From: Oscillospiraceae bacterium
GTDB lineage: Bacteria; Bacillota; Clostridia; Oscillospirales; CAG-272
DNA: 64,000 nucleotides
Direction: 5' to 3'
Assembly: GCA_015064205.1 (NCBI GenBank)
Contig: SVSR01000001.1
Span: 55,840-119,839, forward strand
Below, in pieces: positions 58,273 through 64,000 of this stretch (the stretch's first letter is position 1; every line of letters begins with the position of its first letter). A model generated the notes under the pieces. The model made no database searches. It was given only the letters and a program-made list of their open reading frames with translations, and was not told the DNA's origin. Position numbers and translations under genes: made by a program.

Positions 58273-58306
58273 GAGAAAACAGGCCCGTTGCCGAGCCTGT
58301 TTTTTA
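58273..58306 (-). terminator. Terminator downstream of SBP gene 1
   Basis: ACAGGC-N10-GCCTGT flanked by an A-run and T-run, so it is readable on both strands. Confidence 0.65.
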
Positions 58307-58315
58307 TTGTACCTA

Positions 58316-59731
58316 TTATGCTGCGTAATAATCAGCAATATCCTTAACAACGCCTTCGAAGTATTCCTCTCTTGAAGCAAACCATGAAGTAAAGGTATTA
58401 GTTTTTGATGCTACTATCTTGTTCATGTCGTAAGGTGTAAGCATTGTTTCATTCTGATAAACAGCGCTTGCAAGCACGATATCAACCATGTCGCGTGTTT
58501 CGGGATCAGATGTGGACTTAAGGTCAAGTGTTATATCGTAGTATACGGGACGGATTCTGTTGTAACCCTCGATAGCCATAGCTTCGAGTATGATACCTGT
58601 GGATTCAAGGCTCTCATTTGTAACGGGAACGTAAATACAGGAAGAGAATGAAGGACCTGAACGGCTGTAGTACTTTCCCTGATCTTCATCAAGCATAGGA
58701 TATGGAACTATGCTTGCTTCAAACTCAAGTCCGCGGTTCATTTCAAGCCAGTAGAGCATCGTATCTCTCATGAGAAGTCTGCCGTCGTCAAAAGCTTTAT
58801 TATGAGTTCCGTAATTGGTACCGTAAGACCATGCATTCTGACCGTCGAATAGCTCGATCATCTTATCAAGTATCTTTACAGTTCTTTCTGTTCCAATGTT
58901 AAGAACAGGCATGTTATCTTCATCAGTTATAATAGTCTGTCCGCCCATTCCAAAGTAAAGAGCGGGATACATTTCCCAATACCAACCGGCATATCCCGTG
59001 CGGTCTTCTTCTCTTTCAAACTGGGTGCTTCCGTTGAGGTCATTGTAACCCTGCTTGGAGATTTCTATAAGCTTATCGATCGTCCATGTGTAATCATAAA
59101 CGTCCTGCCAGGGATATTCAATGCCAAGGTCATTGAAAAGATCTTTGTTGAACATTATAACGTTTGTTGAATTATATGTAGAAAGGCTATAGTCGCCGGC
59201 CATATAATAAACTTTTCCGCAGAAATTCATTGTTTCGGAAAGCGCTGTATTCCAATAGGGCTTTGTGTAGTCAACGTATTCAAGATCGCCCCATTCAACG
59301 AAATAGCCGTCAAGTATCATTTCGGTCATCGTTTGATCCTGTTTGCCGTGGAAAACGTCATACGTCTTGTCATCAGAAAGAATAAATCTCTTGATTTCTC
59401 CTGCAGGATTGTCGAGTGTTGAATTGTCTCTTACTATTTGTACGTTATATTTTTCTTCTATGGCAACCTTACGCTGATAGTTGGCGTCGTTCATAAGATC
59501 GCCTGTTTCATAGTCATAGTAGGTAGTACCTGAACTGTTTTTAGCTCCATATGAGCGGAATTCTTCCTTATTCATATCAAGTTCAGGAAGGCTGTCGATA
59601 GAAAATTCTGTTTCGGATACTTCCTGCTTTTTTGTTTCGCTTTCTACACTTACTTTATCCGTTTTGTCGCATGATGCGAAAATCGGAGTAAGCATAAGGA
59701 TGATCGCAAGAATAAGAGCAATTTTTTTCAT
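58316..59731 (-). CDS. Extracellular solute-binding lipoprotein (family-1 / LplA-like), paralog 1
   Basis: 471 aa. Lipobox IFASC. Size and overall pattern resemble large sugar-type SBPs. It shares long identical blocks with the next gene (DVYDYTWTIDKLIEISKQGYNDLNG). Confidence 0.65.
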   Translation of the reverse strand: MKKIALILAIILMLTPIFASCDKTDKVSVESETKKQEVSETEFSIDSLPELDMNKEEFRSYGAKNSSGTTYYDYETGDLMNDANYQRKVAIEEKYNVQIVRDNSTLDNPAGEIKRFILSDDKTYDVFHGKQDQTMTEMILDGYFVEWGDLEYVDYTKPYWNTALSETMNFCGKVYYMAGDYSLSTYNSTNVIMFNKDLFNDLGIEYPWQDVYDYTWTIDKLIEISKQGYNDLNGSTQFEREEDRTGYAGWYWEMYPALYFGMGGQTIITDEDNMPVLNIGTERTVKILDKMIELFDGQNAWSYGTNYGTHNKAFDDGRLLMRDTMLYWLEMNRGLEFEASIVPYPMLDEDQGKYYSRSGPSFSSCIYVPVTNESLESTGIILEAMAIEGYNRIRPVYYDITLDLKSTSDPETRDMVDIVLASAVYQNETMLTPYDMNKIVASKTNTFTSWFASREEYFEGVVKDIADYYAA

Positions 59732-59810
59732 TGTTTTCTCCTTATTGATAAAATATGGTTCTTATCATTATTATTTATTTTAACATATAAAGCTGTAAAA
59801 ATCAATAGAA

Positions 59811-59845
59811 AAAAGAAAAAAGCAGGCCCCGTTTATAGGCCTGCT
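59811..59845 (-). terminator. Terminator downstream of SBP gene 2
   Basis: Minus strand: AGCAGGCC-TATAAACGG-GGCCTGCT followed by TTTTTTCTTTT. Confidence 0.75.
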
Positions 59846-59859
59846 TGTAAATTGTTAAA

Positions 59860-61287
59860 TTATGCTCCGTAGAAAGCAGTCATTTCCTTCATCTGACGTC
59901 TGAAGGGACGCTCGTTGTTAGCATACCATGATGCAAACGAGTTGAACTGATTGCTTATAAACGTTGAGAAAGAGCTGGAATTGATGAAGTTTTCATTAAT
60001 ATATTCAGCAGAATCAAAGATTATGTCAACCATGTCGATAGTTTCTTCATCGGGAGCTGACTTAAGGTCAAGGTGTACGTCGTAGTAAATAGGTCTGAGT
60101 TTGTTGTAACCCTCAATTGCAAGTGCTTCAAGGATAACACCTGTTGCAGCGAGATCATTGTTTGTTGTGGGAACCCAATATGCTCCGCAGCAGTTTGCAG
60201 CACTGCGACAGATATATTCGCCCTGATCCTCGTCAAGCATCGGATAGGGGAGTATGCCTGCGTCGAATTCAAGCTCACGGTTAGTTTCAAGCCAGAATAA
60301 GAATGTGTCTCTCATAAGAAGTCTGCCTTCATTGAATGCAGTGTTATGAACACCGTATGTAGACATTTCTGTGTGTGCATTTTTCTTATCGAAGAGTTCG
60401 ATCATCTTATCAATAATCTTAACTGTTCTTGTATTATTTATGTCGAGTGCGGGCATCTGGTCTTCGTCGTTAACGATAGAGTTGCCGCCCATACCCATGT
60501 AGAGAGCAAGGTTCATTTCCCAACCCCAGCCCATAAAGCCGAAGCGGTCGCTGTCTATATCCCATTCGGTGTTACCGTTAAGGTCGTTATAACCCTGCTT
60601 GGAGATCTCAATGAGCTTGTCGATAGTCCAAGTATAGTCGTAAACGTCCTGATAAGGATAATCAATGCCAAGGTCGTCAAAAAGCTTCTTGTTGAACTGA
60701 ATGCAGTTGGTATAATTGTATGTACCAAGGCTGATATCTCCTGCCATGCAGTATACCTTGCCGCCGTAGTTTAAGTTTTCTGCAACACTTTTGTTCCAAT
60801 AAGGCTTTGAGGGGTCAAAGTGTTCGAATTCGTACCAGTCTGTAAAGTAGCCGTCGTAAACCAACTGGAATGCCGGATCAGACGTGATCATGCTCATAAC
60901 GTGGTATGTCTTATCGTCGGCGAGAATAAGATTGCGTACTGAAGCTATGTGGTTGGCACTCTCTTGTGCGGAGCTGCCGCGTAATATGCTTAGATTGTAT
61001 CTGTCTTCGATCAGCACCTGACGCTGGAAGACTGCATCTTCGAAGATGTCTCCTGTTTCAGCATCAATAAATCCAAAGCTTCTGCCCGAAGTATTTTTGC
61101 CGCCGTAAAATCCAAATTTCTTTTTTTCAAAATCGATTGTGGGAAGATCGTCAAGCGAATACTCGTATTCGGAATTATCCGAGCTCTGTGCAGATGTGTT
61201 ATTTTCTGCTCCATTGTCACCGTTACAAGCAACAAGCACAGGTGTCAGCACAAAGATGAGCGCAAGAATAAGTGCTATTTTTTTCAT
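59860..61287 (-). CDS. Extracellular solute-binding lipoprotein, paralog 2
   Basis: 475 aa. Lipobox VLVAC. Collinear with 58316-59731 over its full length. Confidence 0.65.
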   Translation of the reverse strand: MKKIALILALIFVLTPVLVACNGDNGAENNTSAQSSDNSEYEYSLDDLPTIDFEKKKFGFYGGKNTSGRSFGFIDAETGDIFEDAVFQRQVLIEDRYNLSILRGSSAQESANHIASVRNLILADDKTYHVMSMITSDPAFQLVYDGYFTDWYEFEHFDPSKPYWNKSVAENLNYGGKVYCMAGDISLGTYNYTNCIQFNKKLFDDLGIDYPYQDVYDYTWTIDKLIEISKQGYNDLNGNTEWDIDSDRFGFMGWGWEMNLALYMGMGGNSIVNDEDQMPALDINNTRTVKIIDKMIELFDKKNAHTEMSTYGVHNTAFNEGRLLMRDTFLFWLETNRELEFDAGILPYPMLDEDQGEYICRSAANCCGAYWVPTTNNDLAATGVILEALAIEGYNKLRPIYYDVHLDLKSAPDEETIDMVDIIFDSAEYINENFINSSSFSTFISNQFNSFASWYANNERPFRRQMKEMTAFYGA

Positions 61288-61380
61288 TGTTTTCTCCTTT
61301 CACGCGGTAACACTTAGAGTTACCGATAACAATTATACATAATTATACCATATAATATAATAAAAATCAAGCATAAAAGT

Positions 61381-61408
61381 AAAAAAACGGCAGTTATTTA
61401 CTGCCGTT
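61381..61408 (-). terminator. Terminator downstream of the Dabb gene
   Basis: Minus strand: AACGGCAG-TAAATAA-CTGCCGTT followed by T7. Confidence 0.75.
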
Positions 61409-61428
61409 GTCACTGAATTTGATACGAA

Positions 61429-61725
61429 TTATATTTTGTAATCAAATGAGAGCCTTTGTTCCATAAAAGGACGCACAAATGTATTAGCTGCTGACTGATG
61501 AAGCGGATGCCTTTGATAATTATCAAGCGCCTTTGCATCTGTAAAAGAAGAGTCCATCATAATATCGCCTGTTGATGTATCAAAGCTCTCTGTCAGGATA
61601 TGCATTTCGACAAGACCGTCAATCTTGCCGACAAGGCCTTCAAGCGCGATTTTTATATCAAGTGCCGCTTGCTTTTTGTCAGAAACATCGTCCTTGAATT
61701 TCCATATTATCATATGCTTTACCAT
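61429..61725 (-). CDS. Dabb (stress-responsive alpha/beta-barrel) domain protein
   Basis: 98 aa. VKHMIIWKFKD...HPLHQ matches the Dabb pattern. Confidence 0.85.
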   Translation of the reverse strand: MVKHMIIWKFKDDVSDKKQAALDIKIALEGLVGKIDGLVEMHILTESFDTSTGDIMMDSSFTDAKALDNYQRHPLHQSAANTFVRPFMEQRLSFDYKI

Positions 61726-61801
61726 GTGTATACCCTCCGGATTGTGTTAATAAAATAATGAAATAAAATTTACATTTCAATGCTGCATGCAAATTTCATC
61801 T

Positions 61802-61832
61802 AAAAAAAGCACTTCGTTAGAAGTGCTTTTTT
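61802..61832 (-). terminator. Terminator of the tRNA-Met/tRNA-Glu operon
   Basis: GCACTTC-GTTA-GAAGTGC flanked by A7 on the plus-strand 5' side, which reads as T7 after the stem on the minus strand. Confidence 0.8.
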
Positions 61833-61833
61833 C

Positions 61834-61908
61834 TGGTGACCCGTACGGGAATCGAACCCATGTTACAGCCGTGAAAGGGCCGTGTCTTAACCGCTTGACC
61901 AACGGGCC
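61834..61908 (-). tRNA. trnE: tRNA-Glu (anticodon UUC)
   Basis: Reverse complement reads GGCCCGT-TG-GTCAAGCGGTTAAGAC-A-CGGCC-CTTTCAC-GGCTG-TAAC-ATGGG-TTCGATT-CCCGT-ACGGGTC-A-CCA. It forms a 75-nt cloverleaf. Confidence 0.92.
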
Positions 61909-61940
61909 ATATTGCATTCCAACTTATGGTTGGAATGCGC

Positions 61941-62017
61941 TGGTAGCGGAAATAGGATTTGAACCTATGACCTGCCGGGTATGAACCGGATGCTCTGGCC
62001 AGCTGAGCTATTCCGCC
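61941..62017 (-). tRNA. trnM: tRNA-Met, elongator type (anticodon CAU)
   Basis: Reverse complement reads GGCGGAA-TA-GCTCAGCTGGCCAGAGC-A-TCCGG-TTCATAC-CCGGC-AGGTC-ATAGG-TTCAAAT-CCTAT-TTCCGCT-A-CCA. G1:U72 and the GGCGG...CGGTTCATACCCG pattern resemble the Bacillus elongator tRNA-Met. Ile2 (lysidine) cannot be excluded. Confidence 0.88.
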
Positions 62018-62056
62018 ATCTATTGGAATATGGGCGCTTCTCATCAGCGCTTGTCT

Positions 62057-62085
62057 ATTATATCATAAAGAAATTGTCTTGTCAA
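62057..62085 (-). promoter_or_regulatory. Consensus sigma-A promoter of the tRNA-Met/Glu operon
   Basis: Minus strand: TTGACA (62085-62080), 17-nt spacer, TGaTATAAT (TATAAT at 62062-62057). Confidence 0.75.
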
Positions 62086-62334
62086 CACTTTTTTGAAAAA
62101 AATTTCAGCTCTTTTTTATCTTTGTTTTTATCCGAAGGATTTATAGTCAAAATATGATTAAACAAACAAAAGTGTACCGCCTGCAAGAATAAGTATTTGT
62201 ACTCATTTTGCATTTATGCATTTTGGCCGGCACACTTTTAAAACCATATATTGTATGTATTTTAATAACTGCAAGGGAAATAATATTACTGCGGTAATAA
62301 TCCGCAAAATCTCACTTGAGTGAGGAGCTTTATT

Positions 62335-62766
62335 ATGAATACAAACGAGGAGATGCTGCAGTTTTTATATAAAAGCGCTTCTATGAGCGTTGATACAACT
62401 GCACGCGTTATTGCAAAGACACATGATGCTCGTCTCAGACGCGAGCTCAACGAACAGAAGGACGGATACAGGCGTTTTGCAGACGATGCCGTAAAGGGAC
62501 TAAAAAGTCACGGGCTCACACCTCAGGACAACCCTCTGATGACAAAGCTTATGACGAACGTTGGTATTTCTGTTAATACTATGATAGATTCAACACCCTC
62601 GCATATAGCAGAGATAATGATAAACGGAACCAATATGGGTGTGCTTAAAATGAATAAGCACTTAAACAGAAATAAGGATATATCAGAAGAAACAAACAAG
62701 CTTTGCAGAGAGCTTATCGATTTTCAAAAAAACAGTGCGACTAAACTTGAGGCTTATCTTGCCTGA
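62335..62766 (+). CDS. Hypothetical helical protein
   Basis: The track ORF opens at GTG 62320. ATG 62335 follows SD GAGGAG and gives 143 aa. I recognise no family with confidence. Confidence 0.55.
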   Translation: MNTNEEMLQFLYKSASMSVDTTARVIAKTHDARLRRELNEQKDGYRRFADDAVKGLKSHGLTPQDNPLMTKLMTNVGISVNTMIDSTPSHIAEIMINGTNMGVLKMNKHLNRNKDISEETNKLCRELIDFQKNSATKLEAYLA

Positions 62767-62843
62767 TTTTTGCCCGGGATATTAAAAATTTTCTTCAGTA
62801 TTCCAGAAAGAAATTTCGGAGATCTCATAACCACTATCTTCAT
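62754..62843 (-). CDS. spoVM: Stage V sporulation protein M-like small protein (29 aa)
   Basis: Not in the supplied track because it is under 60 aa. Hand translation gives MKIVVMRSPKFLSGILKKIFNIPGKNQAR. SD GGAGG lies 7 nt upstream. Compare B. subtilis SpoVM MKFYTIKLPKFLGGIVRAMLGSFRKD (shared MK....PKFL.GI core). It lies downstream of prkC-rsgA, as in Bacillus. Confidence 0.65.
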   Translation of the reverse strand: MKIVVMRSPKFLSGILKKIFNIPGKNQAR

Positions 62844-62893
62844 TTTAATTCCTCCTATGAATGATATTTGGTGACATTATTATAATATGACAA

Positions 62894-62940
62894 AGGCTTT
62901 CTGTATGTTAATATGCATTTAATTAACATACAGAAAGCCT
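62894..62940. terminator. 19-bp perfect hairpin between rsgA and spoVM / the convergent hypothetical gene
   Basis: AGGCTTTCTGTATGTTAAT-ATGCATTTA-ATTAACATACAGAAAGCCT, followed on the plus strand by CTCTTTTATTTTTT. Confidence 0.75.
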
Positions 62941-62943
62941 CTT

Positions 62944-63891
62944 TTATTTTTTATCCCAGTCGTGCTTATTTTTGAGAACATTCCTGATTTCTACAAAGCT
63001 TTCGTGGCGCTCTTTTGGTATATCGCCTCGATTAACAGCTTCTATGATACTGCAGCCATCTTCCTTGGTATGCGAGCATTTAGTGTACCTGCATTTGCCT
63101 ATATGCTCAGCAAATTCGCGGTATGTATACACAAGCTCGTCATTTGTGAAAAAATCAAATCTTTCGAAATCAAGCAACCCAAATCCGGGAGTATCTGCTA
63201 TAAATCCGTGGCCGATTGTACCCTGAGTCTTTACGCTATACAGAGAAACGCACCGTGTTGTATGCTTACCTCGTGCGATCTTGCGGCTTATTTCCCCTGT
63301 TTCAAGCATAAGATCCGGGAAAATGCGGTTTAACAGCGTCGATTTTCCTATTCCAGATGCTCCGGCAAATGCGGCAACTTTATTATCAAGATTTTTACAT
63401 ATATAATCGTATAGCTCATTACAGCCATAGCCTTCGCCCTGAATCATAACAGTAAAGCCGCTTTTTTTGTAAATTGCGGCAAGCTTTTCTGCTTTTTCGG
63501 GATCAAGGTCTGCTTTGGTTATAATTATAACAGGCTCTATCTTTTTGTTTTCGGCTATGGATATAAGCTTGTCTACCGTCATAAGTGACGGCTCAGGCTT
63601 TTTGACGGCAAACATCACGAAAAGCACATCAAGATTTGCCATTGGCGGACGTATAAGCGAATTTTTGCGATCATATATATCGCTTATCATCACGTTTTCT
63701 GCTGTATCAAGCCTCAGCTTTATTCTGTCTCCGACAAGAGGAGTTTCGCCGTCATGTCTGAACAAGCCGCGCGCACGGCAGGAAAGAGTATCGGTAAGCC
63801 CGCCGTTTTCGTTTTCTATAGGTGAGTCGAGCAGAATATCGTAGTTTCCGCCAACTCCCCTGATAATTCTTCCGCTAAGATATTTTTCCAT
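62944..63891 (-). CDS. rsgA: Ribosome small-subunit-dependent GTPase A
   Basis: 315 aa. OB N-terminus, circularly permuted GTPase (IIITKADL...GASGIGKSTLLN) and C-terminal zinc knuckle (CRYTKCSHTKEDGC). Confidence 0.93.
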   Translation of the reverse strand: MEKYLSGRIIRGVGGNYDILLDSPIENENGGLTDTLSCRARGLFRHDGETPLVGDRIKLRLDTAENVMISDIYDRKNSLIRPPMANLDVLFVMFAVKKPEPSLMTVDKLISIAENKKIEPVIIITKADLDPEKAEKLAAIYKKSGFTVMIQGEGYGCNELYDYICKNLDNKVAAFAGASGIGKSTLLNRIFPDLMLETGEISRKIARGKHTTRCVSLYSVKTQGTIGHGFIADTPGFGLLDFERFDFFTNDELVYTYREFAEHIGKCRYTKCSHTKEDGCSIIEAVNRGDIPKERHESFVEIRNVLKNKHDWDKK

Positions 63892-64000
63892 TTAGTACAA
63901 CCAACCGTAATCTTCGTCATCGGGTTCTGGTTCAATATTTTCTTCTTGCCCCTTGCTAACCGTGAAGTTTATGCTTGTATTTCTGGGAACGCTTGACATT
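63892..64000 (-). CDS. prkC: 3' end of a PASTA-domain Ser/Thr kinase gene (PrkC-like), truncated by the window edge
   Basis: Hand translation of the minus strand gives ...SSVPRNTSINFTVSKGQEENIEPEPDDEDYGWLY*. The INFTVSKG ending is PASTA-like. The stop abuts the rsgA start, matching prkC-rsgA synteny in Firmicutes. Only 36 codons are visible. Confidence 0.5.
   Translation of the reverse strand, partial: MSSVPRNTSINFTVSKGQEENIEPEPDDEDYGWLY

Noticed and set aside
61941-62017. The CAU-anticodon tRNA as an initiator tRNA-fMet.
   Set aside because: Position 1:72 is a G:U pair rather than a C-A mismatch, and the anticodon stem lacks the GGG:CCC run. The sequence pattern matches Firmicute elongator tRNA-Met.
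61787-62044. ORFs 61787-61984 (+) and 61817-62044 (-).
   Set aside because: They overlap the two tRNA genes and their terminator, so they are artefacts of tRNA sequence.

Overview
This window looks like core chromosome of a spore-forming, Clostridia-like Firmicute. That inference rests on gene content and synteny only; no database was consulted.

Gene order:
- nusG-rplK-rplA, then convergent comM.
- A visibly AT-rich two-gene cassette (polysaccharide pyruvyltransferase plus an FrhB-like Fe-S flavoprotein), preceded by a near-consensus promoter and a tandemly duplicated 85-nt hairpin-rich leader.
- A small Ada-type Zn-finger lipoprotein and an RHH protein, then pyruvate:ferredoxin oxidoreductase and an M23 peptidase.
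- The nusB / TsaD-like / xseA-xseB-ispA / DUF212 / tlyA-nadK-argR-recN block, then murB-rapZ-whiA-dnaE.
- DUF554, a class A PBP, tspO, a DUF4430 lipoprotein and fba.
- A minus-strand block: a DUF1351-like::DEDDh exonuclease fusion, pyk, murD and a mini-pyrophosphatase.
- comEC, tRNA-Trp, then the CIRCE-controlled hrcA-grpE-dnaK-dnaJ-prmA-rsmE operon.
- A PucR-type regulator, ftsE-ftsX, a coiled-coil M23 protein, an S41 protease and greA.
- An SGNH hydrolase lipoprotein, two tandem paralogous orphan solute-binding lipoproteins, a Dabb protein and a tRNA-Met/tRNA-Glu mini-operon.
- Finally the 3' end of prkC, rsgA, and a 29-codon spoVM-like ORF that is absent from the supplied ORF track.

I saw no rRNA, CRISPR array, transposase, integrase or prophage block. 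Most of the window is ordinary housekeeping DNA.

The items most worth follow-up are:
- the tandem structured leader at 3674-3892 together with its isolated pyruvylation cassette;
- the DUF1351-like/exonuclease fusion;
- the orphan SGNH plus solute-binding-protein cluster;
- the unlisted spoVM.

All functional calls come from motif recognition by eye and from remembered family signatures. None has been verified by a search.
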